Below are positions 1 to 9,365 of a stretch of DNA of 64,000 nucleotides, piece by piece. The stretch covers positions 11,303 to 75,302 of the forward strand of contig CACKSN010000002.1 of the NCBI GenBank assembly GCA_902602845.1. The letters are read 5' to 3'. How positions within the stretch are numbered: the stretch's first letter is position 1; the number at the start of each line of letters is the position of its first letter. The notes beneath the pieces are model-generated. The model had not been told where the DNA came from. It did no database searches and saw nothing but the letters and a program-made list of their open reading frames with translations. The position numbers and the translations under genes were made by a program. The DNA comes from an uncultured Alphaproteobacteria bacterium (GTDB lineage: Bacteria > Pseudomonadota > Alphaproteobacteria > HIMB59 > GCA-002718135).

Positions 1-588
1 TACTTACCTAAGAATTTAAATCCTCAACTAATTATAGGTAATCATGATAACAGAGATGAGTTTAAAATAAACTTTCCTAATATTGAAACTGATCCAAATG
101 GATTTATTCAATACTTTAAGGATATAGATAATAAACGTCTAATTTTTATAGATACGAATCTGATTAATACTCACCAAGGACATTATTGTGAAAAAAGACA
201 GGAATGGTTAAATAATATTTTAAGTAAGACTAATACAGATACGTATATCTTTATGCATCATAATCCACTTGCATTAGTAAAAGAGGAGAGTGATGGAATA
301 GGATTACAACAAAAAGAAGAGTTTCAAAAAATTTTAATTGAAAATAATAAGATGATAAAACATATTTTTTTTGGTCATCAACATATTACAAGTTCTGGTT
401 CTTATTGTGGTGTTACTTTTTCTTCCCCAAGAAGTACTTGGTCTCCTCTAATACCTAACTTTTCAAATGAATATCGTTTAGGAACAGCAAATACTGATAC
501 AAATTATAATGTTGCAATAATTAGATCTGACGCCCTAATTATTCATACAGAGGATTTTTTAAAAACAGAAGTTAATTGGTTTAAATAA
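1..588 (+). CDS. Calcineurin-like metallophosphoesterase, CpdA/Icc/GpdQ type (5'-truncated by window edge)
   Basis: Frame 1 is open from base 1 (YLPKNLNPQLIIGNHDNRDEF...IFIDT...HQGH...IFMHHNP...FFGHQH). It carries the GNHD, HHxP and GHxH metal-binding motifs. The ORF track start at 253 is internal. Confidence 0.85.
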   Translation, partial: YLPKNLNPQLIIGNHDNRDEFKINFPNIETDPNGFIQYFKDIDNKRLIFIDTNLINTHQGHYCEKRQEWLNNILSKTNTDTYIFMHHNPLALVKEESDGIGLQQKEEFQKILIENNKMIKHIFFGHQHITSSGSYCGVTFSSPRSTWSPLIPNFSNEYRLGTANTDTNYNVAIIRSDALIIHTEDFLKTEVNWFK

Positions 589-591
589 AAA

Positions 592-1698
592 TTATTTTTT
601 TTCGATTACAAAAATTTCGTTGTTAAAATAAAGTCCTTTATTTTTTTTAACTATTTTTTGAACTACTTTTTCATAGTTTTTAGTTTTTTCTATTTTCATT
701 ACTTTGTCGTCATCCATTTGATTGACATATATAGATGCATTCCAAGCAGAAAAAACTAATGATGTCGCTATACCTCCACTGATTTCTGTTGGTAGAGCTC
801 TCAATTTACATTTAATAATTCTTTTTTCTCCAAAAGATAAACTGCTTAATAAATCTTTATCTAAATTTTTCTTAAGATAAGAAATGATACTATTTCCAAG
901 AGAAGGAAAGGGGTTCTCTTTTGGCCAAATTTTTCTAATTATTTCATTAGCAGGATCTTTTCCTGCTGCATGAATAGTTAATAATTTCCCTTTTGATTTT
1001 AATGCTCTAATCATTGGTTCGATGACGTATTTTGATTTCTTTTCTGCAGAAATTCTTGAGCGATAAGGCTGTGAAGCAATAATAAGATCAAATTTATTAT
1101 CTGATTTTTTTTTGGTAGGTATTAATTCATTAACATTAAATTCTTGATCTTCGCGGTAGATAACCATCACTGAAGGTTCTTTATAAGTATGGTTACCTGA
1201 CTTTTTATTAATTTCTATATTCCATTTTTTTTCTAAAAATTCATTTTGTTTTCTTAATTGTTGGGCAAATTCAAGAGAAGTATCTCCTTTTAATTTAACA
1301 ATATTCCAATTAATTTTTTTCTGTTTAACTTCATTTTTTGATTTAAGGTTTGCGGCTTCCGCGTAGTGTAGATTTGAAATGACAAAAACAGTGTTCTTAT
1401 GTTCAACAAACCTGTCGGGTAATTTTTCTAAACCTAACCTTACATCTTCAATACTTATTTCTTTTGTGCAAATTAATAGAGGTACGTTAGGCCTAGCCTC
1501 GTGGCACTGACGCATAACATTCATAAGTAAGGAACCATCACCCATACCAGCATCAAATATTTTTATGCCAGGTTTTTGAGGTTTAATTTTATTTACGTGG
1601 GGGCGAATAGCATCGGCAATTTGATTTTTTTCATTTGTTGTTGTGACAAATAATAAGTATTTTTGTCTGTTATCATAAAACCTAAAATTTTTTTTCAT
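592..1698 (-). CDS. Conserved hypothetical protein, class I SAM-dependent methyltransferase-like
   Basis: 368 aa with IFDAGMGDG (motif I-like), KEIS and FDLIIASQPY (motif IV-like). It starts 2 nt after the Fe-ADH stop. Confidence 0.55.
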   Translation of the reverse strand: MKKNFRFYDNRQKYLLFVTTTNEKNQIADAIRPHVNKIKPQKPGIKIFDAGMGDGSLLMNVMRQCHEARPNVPLLICTKEISIEDVRLGLEKLPDRFVEHKNTVFVISNLHYAEAANLKSKNEVKQKKINWNIVKLKGDTSLEFAQQLRKQNEFLEKKWNIEINKKSGNHTYKEPSVMVIYREDQEFNVNELIPTKKKSDNKFDLIIASQPYRSRISAEKKSKYVIEPMIRALKSKGKLLTIHAAGKDPANEIIRKIWPKENPFPSLGNSIISYLKKNLDKDLLSSLSFGEKRIIKCKLRALPTEISGGIATSLVFSAWNASIYVNQMDDDKVMKIEKTKNYEKVVQKIVKKNKGLYFNNEIFVIEKK

Positions 1699-1700
1699 TA

Positions 1701-2813
1701 CTAATAAAGTCCCATTGATTTAGCAGAAGAGATGAAGGCTTCTTTATTGCCAATAAAGTTTTTACCTCGTTCCCCTAAAAACGCATCATCTACTATATTA
1801 TTCCATTCTTGAACAGGAACTTTTATTTCATTTAAGTTAAGAGGAACCTCTAAAGAACGCATAAATTCACTCAAATGATTTGCAGCATTCTCTAGATTAT
1901 CGTTAAAAATTAATTTTAGTCTTTCCTCAGCTACACTGTCAATTCCAACCATACTTTTAGTAATCATGGGTAAAGTAAATGAACAAGCAATACCATGCTG
2001 AATACCGTAATTGAGTGTCACAGGGTATGATAGATTGTGCGCAATAGCAGTTTTCGTATTGGAAAACGCTAAGCCAGCATGAACGCAAGCACGTGCAATA
2101 TTTGATCGTAATTCAACATTTCTCAGATCTTTTGAAAGCAATGGTAAATTTTCTAATACCAGTTTTGATGCTTGTATTGCATGAGAAGCAGAAATTGGGT
2201 TCGCATTAATATTCCAAATACTTTCCATTGAATGGGATAGTGCATCTAAACCAGTTGAAATGGTCAAGCCTAAAGGCTTATCAACCATAATAGATGGATC
2301 AATAATTGCTTTTTCTACATAAAGAGATTTATGCGCCAAAGATAATTTATTATTTTTTTCTTTATCCCATATTGTGGCCCAACACGTAAGCTCACTTGAT
2401 GTTCCAGAAGTTGTAGGTACCGCAATAATCTTGATTGGATTTTCAACTTTTGGACTTTTCTTATTTCGAACGAAACCTGTTAGATATTCTTGTTTATCTT
2501 TAAATGCGGCAATTGCTTTAGCTGTATCTGTAACAGATCCACCGCCTATAGCTAAAATATAATCTACCGTTTCATTGATTGAAGAAAATTTATTTTGTAA
2601 CTCTAAAATATCCTTATAGTCTGGATTAGGCTGAACATCCGTCATAATAGATAAAGGTGGATTTGAAGATGAATTTAATTCATCGCTATATTTTTTAAAA
2701 ATTTCTTCTGGATGAGTGATTATGATGTAGTTCTTATTTTTAAGAGCATCATGTACTTCTTTAAATCTATTTTCTCCAAAAATAATTTCGACTGGGTTAA
2801 AATAATTCCACAT
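1701..2813 (-). CDS. Iron-containing alcohol dehydrogenase, phosphonate-associated (phosphonoacetaldehyde reductase/PsrA-like, TIGR03405-like)
   Basis: GGGSxxD, PTTSGTSSE, DALSH, AIAHNLSY and HG Fe-ADH motifs. The WxYxNPV N-terminus and GxRGKNFIG C-terminus resemble the phosphonate-associated clade. Confidence 0.8.
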   Translation of the reverse strand: MWNYFNPVEIIFGENRFKEVHDALKNKNYIIITHPEEIFKKYSDELNSSSNPPLSIMTDVQPNPDYKDILELQNKFSSINETVDYILAIGGGSVTDTAKAIAAFKDKQEYLTGFVRNKKSPKVENPIKIIAVPTTSGTSSELTCWATIWDKEKNNKLSLAHKSLYVEKAIIDPSIMVDKPLGLTISTGLDALSHSMESIWNINANPISASHAIQASKLVLENLPLLSKDLRNVELRSNIARACVHAGLAFSNTKTAIAHNLSYPVTLNYGIQHGIACSFTLPMITKSMVGIDSVAEERLKLIFNDNLENAANHLSEFMRSLEVPLNLNEIKVPVQEWNNIVDDAFLGERGKNFIGNKEAFISSAKSMGLY

Positions 2814-2817
2814 TACT

Positions 2818-3897
2818 TTAAATTGATTTTGCCGCTTTAGTTAAAATTGTCATTTTCTCAATTGCTTGTTCTCGCGTAAAGAAACCTAAACCACAATCTG
2901 GTGCAGCTATTAAACGGTGTTCATCAATATGTTCTAGTGAATCTTTGATACGAACTCTTACTTCTTCAACAGACTCCATTCTACTTTTTGCAATATCAAT
3001 AAATCCAAAAATTACTTTTGTTTTAGTAAATTTTTCTAAAAGATTTAAATCATTATGCCTATGTGAATCTTCTAAAGATACTTCATCAATAGTTGAGTCA
3101 TCTACAAGTGATGCAATTCTATCATAAGCATCTAGATCAGCCTTTTTATATCCTTCTGAATCTAATGAGTTAGGATAACCACAACAAATATGGCAAACGC
3201 GTTGCACTTCTTTAGGTATACCATGCATCATTCTTTCTAAATTTTCCATACCGTAAGAATGGGCTTCATCAGGCTTTCTGGCAAATACTGGTTCATCAAT
3301 TTGAATATACTGACAACCTGCATCTACAAGTGCTTTAACTTCTTTATTCAGGGCTAATGCTAAATCAAAACCAAGTTTCTTCATGTCATCATAGTAATTA
3401 TTTGCAATTGAATCTGTAATTGTCATTGGTCCAGGTAGCGTAATTTTAACTGGGTTTTTTGTAAATTGTTGTGCACTCTTCCAGTCTAAATGCATACGTA
3501 TTTCTTTACTTGAAATTGGTGCAACGATAGTTGGAAGGTCTGCTTCGAACGCACCTTGTCTTACTGACTTATGTGTAACTTCCTGAAAACTTACACCATT
3601 TAAAAATCGACATTGATATAATACATAACTCTCGCGCCTAACTTCCCCATCTGTTGGAACATCAATACCCGCACTTACTTGATCAGTTATAACTTCTTTA
3701 ATTGCTGCTAAAAATAATTTTTCAGCATCCGCACCTGCAGACTCTAATGCTTTTTCATATGCGCCAGGTGACCAATTTGATAATAATCCTTTTGATGCTT
3801 TTCTCTCTTCTTCTGATTTTGTACCTAAAAACCAATCTTGAATGGGTGTTTGTTTAGGTTTTGGATAAGCACCTATTGTAGTTGTTTTAAGAGGCAT
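2818..3897 (-). CDS. Cobalamin-independent methionine synthase II family protein (single-barrel MetE catalytic-domain-like, Zn-thiol alkyltransferase)
   Basis: TTTIGAYPKP, DGEVRR, KITLPGPMT, IQIDEP, HICCG (H-x-C Zn ligands), SLE and PDCGLG motifs. At 359 aa it lacks the N-terminal barrel of full MetE. Confidence 0.85.
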   Translation of the reverse strand: MPLKTTTIGAYPKPKQTPIQDWFLGTKSEEERKASKGLLSNWSPGAYEKALESAGADAEKLFLAAIKEVITDQVSAGIDVPTDGEVRRESYVLYQCRFLNGVSFQEVTHKSVRQGAFEADLPTIVAPISSKEIRMHLDWKSAQQFTKNPVKITLPGPMTITDSIANNYYDDMKKLGFDLALALNKEVKALVDAGCQYIQIDEPVFARKPDEAHSYGMENLERMMHGIPKEVQRVCHICCGYPNSLDSEGYKKADLDAYDRIASLVDDSTIDEVSLEDSHRHNDLNLLEKFTKTKVIFGFIDIAKSRMESVEEVRVRIKDSLEHIDEHRLIAAPDCGLGFFTREQAIEKMTILTKAAKSI

Positions 3898-3920
3898 CTA
3901 TTTTTACTCCCATTTAAATT

Positions 3921-3954
3921 TAAAATAAAACAGCGGCTTTTATAAAGCCGCTGT
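3921..3954 (-). terminator. Intrinsic terminator / mRNA-stabilising hairpin after the binding-protein gene
   Basis: ACAGCGGCTTT-TAT-AAAGCCGCTGT forms an 11-bp stem (3930-3954), followed on the minus strand by TTTATTTT. Confidence 0.75.
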
Positions 3955-3984
3955 AATAAAAAGTTAATAATAAATAATCTCAAA

Positions 3985-5238
3985 TTACATAAGATCGTTT
4001 ATTTCTTCCATCATTTCTTCTTGAAGATCTGCCATATCATCAGCGTCGCCTGTAGCAATTTCTTCCGTGAAATCATAGATTACCTGTGTAACAGCTAATC
4101 CATTTTCTCCAGGATACGCAAACCAATCAGCAAGAAGTGGAAGTTGTTCAACAGCAGTAAGTTTATTAGGGTTTTGACTATAGAAGTCACCTAATAAATC
4201 ATTCGCTGCTTTGTTTGGTGGAACATATCCAGTTGTTTCAGCAACTAATGCAGCACCGATACCTGATGTAATGAACTTTAAGAAAGTCCATGCAGCATCA
4301 ACTCTTGCTGGATCATCAGATGTAGACACTAACATTGCAGCGTTTCCACCTGCTGGTAATCTTGCTGGTGTTCCATTGTTTACTCCAGCCATTCCAGGGA
4401 ATGGTGCAGTTTTTAAAACAAAGTCTGCCTTTGCAGCATTAACTGAACCCAAGCTTGAAGTAGACCAGAACATCATACCAATAGTACCTGCGTTAAACGC
4501 AGCTTGACCATCAGCAATTGAATAGTTTGGCATATTACATCCGCTCATGATTGATTTCATTTGCTCTAACGTTGCAAGTCCTGCATCTCCACCCATATTT
4601 ACAGCTCCATCTTTAACCATTGGAACATTCTGAGTATGCATTAATGCTTGGTGGAACCAGTTACCTGTAATGTTCCAACCAAAGTATAGAGTTCCTTTAC
4701 CAGCTGCTTCTAATTTATTACATGCTGCAATAACTTCGTCCCAGTTAGTTGGAATACTATCTACACCTGCTTCAGCTAATAAATCCATATTATAATATCC
4801 AACTGGTGTTGATACAGAAAATGGTAATCCATAAACTTCACCACCGAATGTTGAAAGACTTAACATAGCAGAATGGTAACCATCTTTTTCAAAAGCTGCT
4901 TCTTTTGCGATAAATGGCTCTAAAGATTTAGCAATACCTTTGTCAACTAGAGGTGCCTGTCTGTTAAGACCTTGCATTGTTACATCTGGTAAATTACCTG
5001 AAGTAGACTCTCTGAAGATTGTTGCAGTTGCATCCTCATAGTTTTCATAAGTTGCTCTAAATTTAACTTGAATATCTGGATGTGCTTTTTCAAACTCTGG
5101 CATAATAGCTTGAAACGTAACATCGAATAATCCTGAATAAGGATAAGCTACTTCTATTTCAATAGACTTAGCTGAATTAACAGAACCATAAAAACCGAAA
5201 GCTAATACGGCTGCCAATCCTGTAATTAATTTTTTCAT
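3985..5238 (-). CDS. ABC transporter substrate-binding protein, CUT1/UgpB-like
   Basis: Signal peptide, FEKAHPDIQV, LPDV, YGLPFSVSTPVGYYNMDL, PTNWDE, AAWTFLKF and TGYVP. Strong RBS GGGAGG. Confidence 0.85.
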   Translation of the reverse strand: MKKLITGLAAVLAFGFYGSVNSAKSIEIEVAYPYSGLFDVTFQAIMPEFEKAHPDIQVKFRATYENYEDATATIFRESTSGNLPDVTMQGLNRQAPLVDKGIAKSLEPFIAKEAAFEKDGYHSAMLSLSTFGGEVYGLPFSVSTPVGYYNMDLLAEAGVDSIPTNWDEVIAACNKLEAAGKGTLYFGWNITGNWFHQALMHTQNVPMVKDGAVNMGGDAGLATLEQMKSIMSGCNMPNYSIADGQAAFNAGTIGMMFWSTSSLGSVNAAKADFVLKTAPFPGMAGVNNGTPARLPAGGNAAMLVSTSDDPARVDAAWTFLKFITSGIGAALVAETTGYVPPNKAANDLLGDFYSQNPNKLTAVEQLPLLADWFAYPGENGLAVTQVIYDFTEEIATGDADDMADLQEEMMEEINDLM

Positions 5239-5290
5239 TTAATCCTCCCGATTGAATATAATAATTTAATCTAACATGTAGTCCCAAAGG

Positions 5291-5319
5291 GTTACAATTT
5301 TATTACGAAAATATTACTA
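5291..5319 (-). promoter_or_regulatory. Putative Pho box (three 11-bp-spaced half-sites) upstream of the binding-protein gene
   Basis: Minus strand reads TAGTAAT-ATTT-TCGTAAT-AAAA-TTGTAAC, similar to the PhoB consensus CTGTCAT-A(A/T)A(A/T)-CTGT(C/A)A(C/T). Confidence 0.55.
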
Positions 5320-5374
5320 AAAAATAAGCTTATTTTTCCACAGCAATAGAGAAAAATTAGAGAAAAAATGATTT

Positions 5375-6817
5375 TTACCAGGGTAGTGAGAAGGTTTTTA
5401 CATTAGTAAAGCTTTTCATTGCTTCAATTACACCTTCTTTATAACCAAGACCTGAATCTTTAATTCCTCCAAAAGGAGACATTTCAATTCTATAGCCTGG
5501 AACTTCCCAAATATTTACAGTGCCAACATTTAAGCCTTGAATATATTTTTTTGCTCTCATGAAGTTATTTGTACATACACCAGATGATAATCCGAATGCG
5601 GTTGAATTAGATATTTTCATTACAGCTTCATCGTCATTAGGCACACGAATGATTGGTATAACTGGACCAAATGTTTCTTCTAAAACTAATTCACTTTTAG
5701 GATCAACATGATCTACAACTATTGGAGGTAACAAAGCACCCTTTCTTCCAGGGTGATATAAAATTTTTGCACCGTCTTCTTCAGCCATAGAAACTCTTTT
5801 ATCAAAAAGTTCTGCAGCTTGAGCATTAACAACAGTACCTAAGTCTGTTTCCATATTCATAGGATCACCAAATTTAATTTTCTTAGCACGCTCGAGAGCC
5901 ATTTCAACAAATTGATCTGCAATGGATTCTTGAACCAGTATTCTTTTAACAGCTGTACAACGTTGACCAGAGTTTTTCGTTGCTCCAGTAACAGCTAGCT
6001 CAACAGCTTTTTTAAGATCATCACCATCTAAGTCATTTAAAACAATTAAAGGATCATTACCACCAAGCTCAAGAACTGTTCTTTTGTATCCAGCTTGTTC
6101 AGCAATTAATTTTCCTACACCTACACTGCCTGTAAAAGTAATTAGATCAATATTTGGATTCTTGATCATTTCTGATCCGATATCTTGAGGCCATCCAGTT
6201 ACAACTGAAAACATTTCTGGTGGTAAACCTGCTTCATATAAAACATCAGCAAGTACCATTGCTGTTAAGGGTGTTAATTCTGTTTGTTTACATACAGTAC
6301 AATTATTAGTTGCAATTGAAGGTGCAATTTTATGCGCTACCATATTCAAAGGATGATTGAATGGAGTGATTGCTGAAATTGCCGTTAAAGGTTCTCTTAT
6401 GGTAAATATTTTTCTCGCTTTTCCATGCGGAGTTAAATCACAAGAAAATATTTCTCCATCATCAAGAATACAAAGTTGAGCCGTTAATGAAAAGACATCA
6501 AAAGCTCTTCCTACTTCGTATAAAGAATCTTGTTTTGAGATACCAAGTTCTAAAGTAATAATATCAGAAATTTCTTCTTTTCTTTTAACAAGTACTTCTG
6601 CAGCAGTTTGAAGAATTTTTTGTCTCTCGTATCTTGTAAGTTTAGGTTGGTAATTTGCAGCAATATCTAAAGCCTTTCTAGCATGCTCTGCAGTACCGGC
6701 TGGAACCGTTCCGATTACTTCACCTGTAAAAGGGTACTCAACATTTATTGTTTTATCTGAGGTAACTTTTTCTCCAGCAATACGCATTGCTTCATTAATC
6801 ATTTTTTTGTGCATCAT
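5375..6817 (-). CDS. phnY: Phosphonoacetaldehyde dehydrogenase
   Basis: Aldehyde dehydrogenase motifs (ITPFNHP, ELGG, SGQRCT, EETFGP) plus the PhnY-specific [22 protein letters not shown] and [13 protein letters not shown]. Overlaps the phnA stop. Confidence 0.93.
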   Translation of the reverse strand: MMHKKMINEAMRIAGEKVTSDKTINVEYPFTGEVIGTVPAGTAEHARKALDIAANYQPKLTRYERQKILQTAAEVLVKRKEEISDIITLELGISKQDSLYEVGRAFDVFSLTAQLCILDDGEIFSCDLTPHGKARKIFTIREPLTAISAITPFNHPLNMVAHKIAPSIATNNCTVCKQTELTPLTAMVLADVLYEAGLPPEMFSVVTGWPQDIGSEMIKNPNIDLITFTGSVGVGKLIAEQAGYKRTVLELGGNDPLIVLNDLDGDDLKKAVELAVTGATKNSGQRCTAVKRILVQESIADQFVEMALERAKKIKFGDPMNMETDLGTVVNAQAAELFDKRVSMAEEDGAKILYHPGRKGALLPPIVVDHVDPKSELVLEETFGPVIPIIRVPNDDEAVMKISNSTAFGLSSGVCTNNFMRAKKYIQGLNVGTVNIWEVPGYRIEMSPFGGIKDSGLGYKEGVIEAMKSFTNVKTFSLPW

Positions 6818-8055
6818 AGGGCTCCGTTAATTGCATAGTAAAATGCATCATAGTTATATAATTGTTTGTTAGTATCTAAATTTTGTAATTTTAAATTTGA
6901 TATGAATGGCACTTCTCTTTCATGAAGTCCACCGTGTGAACGTAAAGGTTCATTTAATCCAGAAAGATTGTGTTTATCTTCTGATGAACCAATAGTCATA
7001 AATTCTGAAGACATACATATAATATCCCCCATTCTATCTGGAGGTAAATTATAAGAAGAGCATCCTTCGTCTTTTGTTAAAACAACTTCTATATCTTTTA
7101 TTTCTTTTATAGCATCTACAACTGAATCTATCTTACTTTTGTCTTCTAAATAAATTGTTGCAAAAGAACCAAGTGAACCATGATGCACAACATATGGATC
7201 TGTAATTGGAAGAATAACTTTAGCCATGTTTGGTTCAAATTTTTTATCTAAATAATCTTGTAAAAATATTGCATTAGGTGAACCATCTTCTTTTGATTTT
7301 GGTTTCATACCGTGATCTGCTGTGATGATTATAGAAACATTCTCCTTATTTAAAAGACCAATATATTTATCAAACATTGCATAAAATTTATTTGCTGTTT
7401 CATTTCCTGGCGCATATTTGTGTTGAATATAATCCGTAGTCGATAAATACATGATATTTGGTTTGAACTCTTCAAGAAGCTTTACACCTGCAGCCATTAC
7501 AAATTCAGAAAGTCCTTCAGAGTATACTTCTGGCACTGGCATCCCTAACCAATCGTTTACATTATCTATACCATTGAGATCTTTTGTTGCTTGATCAGAT
7601 TTTTCAGCAGAAAAACAAATAGCTCTCTCATCATCAAAACTTAATCCGTTTCCTAAAAGTGTTCTCAGCTTATCTTTTGCAGTAACAAGCGCAATTTTAG
7701 AACCAGAATTGTAAAATTTTTCAAAAATAGTTGGTGCTCGCATATATTTTGGGTCATTCATCATTACTTCTTCACCGGTCTCGGGTGTATAAAAGAAGTT
7801 TCCGCATATACCGTGAACAGAACTTGGTTGGCCTGTTACAATCGAAATATTATTTGGATTTGTAAAACTTGGAATAGCGCTGTGAACTAGTAGGTTTTCA
7901 CCACTTGCAATTAATTTATCAAGGTTTGGTGTAAGATTTGATTTTGATGCTTCTTCGAGATACTCTTTTTGACTACCATCAAGGCAAATCACAATAGCAG
8001 TTTTTGAAAAATTACTTGGATATTCTCTTTTATTAATTTCTAAGTTATCGGACAC
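6814..8055 (-). CDS. phnA: Phosphonoacetate hydrolase
   Basis: Alkaline-phosphatase superfamily: [56 protein letters not shown] and LRSHGG. GTG start. Confidence 0.93.
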   Translation of the reverse strand: MSDNLEINKREYPSNFSKTAIVICLDGSQKEYLEEASKSNLTPNLDKLIASGENLLVHSAIPSFTNPNNISIVTGQPSSVHGICGNFFYTPETGEEVMMNDPKYMRAPTIFEKFYNSGSKIALVTAKDKLRTLLGNGLSFDDERAICFSAEKSDQATKDLNGIDNVNDWLGMPVPEVYSEGLSEFVMAAGVKLLEEFKPNIMYLSTTDYIQHKYAPGNETANKFYAMFDKYIGLLNKENVSIIITADHGMKPKSKEDGSPNAIFLQDYLDKKFEPNMAKVILPITDPYVVHHGSLGSFATIYLEDKSKIDSVVDAIKEIKDIEVVLTKDEGCSSYNLPPDRMGDIICMSSEFMTIGSSEDKHNLSGLNEPLRSHGGLHEREVPFISNLKLQNLDTNKQLYNYDAFYYAINGAL

Positions 8056-8133
8056 AATTTCATCTAATATATATTATTAAAAATACGAATTTATAGTTAT
8101 CTGCTAGTTAAACTCAATGATAATTTGAATATT

Positions 8134-8177
8134 TGTTAATAAAATTGAAATAAAACTGAAATAAATCGATTTAAAAT
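8134..8177 (+). promoter_or_regulatory. Putative Pho-box-like promoter for the ABC ATPase/permease operon
   Basis: TGTTAAT-AAAA-TTGAAAT-AAAA-CTGAAAT has an 11-bp period and is followed 9 nt later by a TAAAAT -10 element (8172-8177). Confidence 0.45.
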
Positions 8178-8231
8178 ATTCTCAAATTTAATAAAATTTT
8201 GTAGATTAAAGTTAAGATAGAGGGGGAATGA

Positions 8232-9365
8232 GTGGGGACTATATCACTTAAAAATATTTCAAAGTCATTTGGGTCTACACAAGTACTTAATAATTTGAAT
8301 GTTGATATAAACGATGGAGAATTCTTAACATTAGTTGGTCCATCTGGTTGTGGTAAATCTACATTACTTAGAATAATTGCAGGATTGGAACAACAAACTT
8401 CGGGCGATGTATTAATAGATAATAAAAATGTAAATAGAGTTAGAGCCAGTGAAAGAGATTTGGCAATGGTATTCCAATCATATGCTCTTTATCCTCATCT
8501 CACAGTAAGAAGAAATTTAGAAACTCCATTAAGACTAAGAGACTATAATGCATTTGAAAGACTGCCCTTAATTGGTAATTTTTCTCCAAGCAAAAAGGAT
8601 AAGACAGAATCTATAAATCAATTAGTAAATAAAACTTCTGAAACTCTAAAAATTTCAGAACTATTAGATAGAAAACCTGGACAATTGTCAGGTGGTCAAA
8701 GACAAAGAGTTGCTCTTGGTCGTGCTATGGTTAGAGAGCCTGTTGCCTTTTTAATGGATGAACCTCTTTCAAATTTAGATGCGGCCTTGAGAGTTCACAT
8801 GCGATCTGAACTATCTGAACTTCATAATTCACTTAAAACTACTTTTGTGTACGTAACACATGATCAAGCAGAAGCGTTAACTATGTCTTCTCGAATGGCT
8901 GTTATGATTGATGGAAATTTATTACAACTAGATACACCTCAAGAAGTATATGACAATCCTTCCTCATTAAGTGTGGCTCAATTTGTTGGAAGTCCAAAAA
9001 TAAATATATTTAAAGGAACTGCCGACTCTAGTGGGACTGTAAGTTTTCTCAATGTTAATCTAAAAAGAAAAAGTTCTGAAAGTAATACAGACTTACATAT
9101 TGGTATTCGACCAGAACATTTAGAAATTACAAATGAAAGTAATGAAAATACATTTAGTGGAACAGTAGCATATAGAGAAAATTTAGGTTCAGATATTTTC
9201 TTTCATGTAAATATTGAAGACGGTTCAAATAAAATAATTGTAAGGGGCTTACCACAATTTACAAATCAAATTTCAAACGGTTCTAATGTGAATATTAAAA
9301 GAGTTTCAGATAAAGCATTACTATTTAGTGAAGCAGGAATGAGGGTTCAATTTACTAATGCATAA
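8232..9365 (+). CDS. ABC transporter ATP-binding protein, UgpC/MalK-like
   Basis: GPSGCGKST, VFQSYALYPH, LSGGQRQR, DEPLSNLDA, YVTHDQ and a C-terminal GIRPEH TOBE domain. Confidence 0.93.
   Translation: MGTISLKNISKSFGSTQVLNNLNVDINDGEFLTLVGPSGCGKSTLLRIIAGLEQQTSGDVLIDNKNVNRVRASERDLAMVFQSYALYPHLTVRRNLETPLRLRDYNAFERLPLIGNFSPSKKDKTESINQLVNKTSETLKISELLDRKPGQLSGGQRQRVALGRAMVREPVAFLMDEPLSNLDAALRVHMRSELSELHNSLKTTFVYVTHDQAEALTMSSRMAVMIDGNLLQLDTPQEVYDNPSSLSVAQFVGSPKINIFKGTADSSGTVSFLNVNLKRKSSESNTDLHIGIRPEHLEITNESNENTFSGTVAYRENLGSDIFFHVNIEDGSNKIIVRGLPQFTNQISNGSNVNIKRVSDKALLFSEAGMRVQFTNA

Noticed and set aside
2818-3897. Truncated metE pseudogene
   Set aside because: It has its own RBS and start, a complete catalytic barrel and intact Zn ligands; single-barrel families are known.
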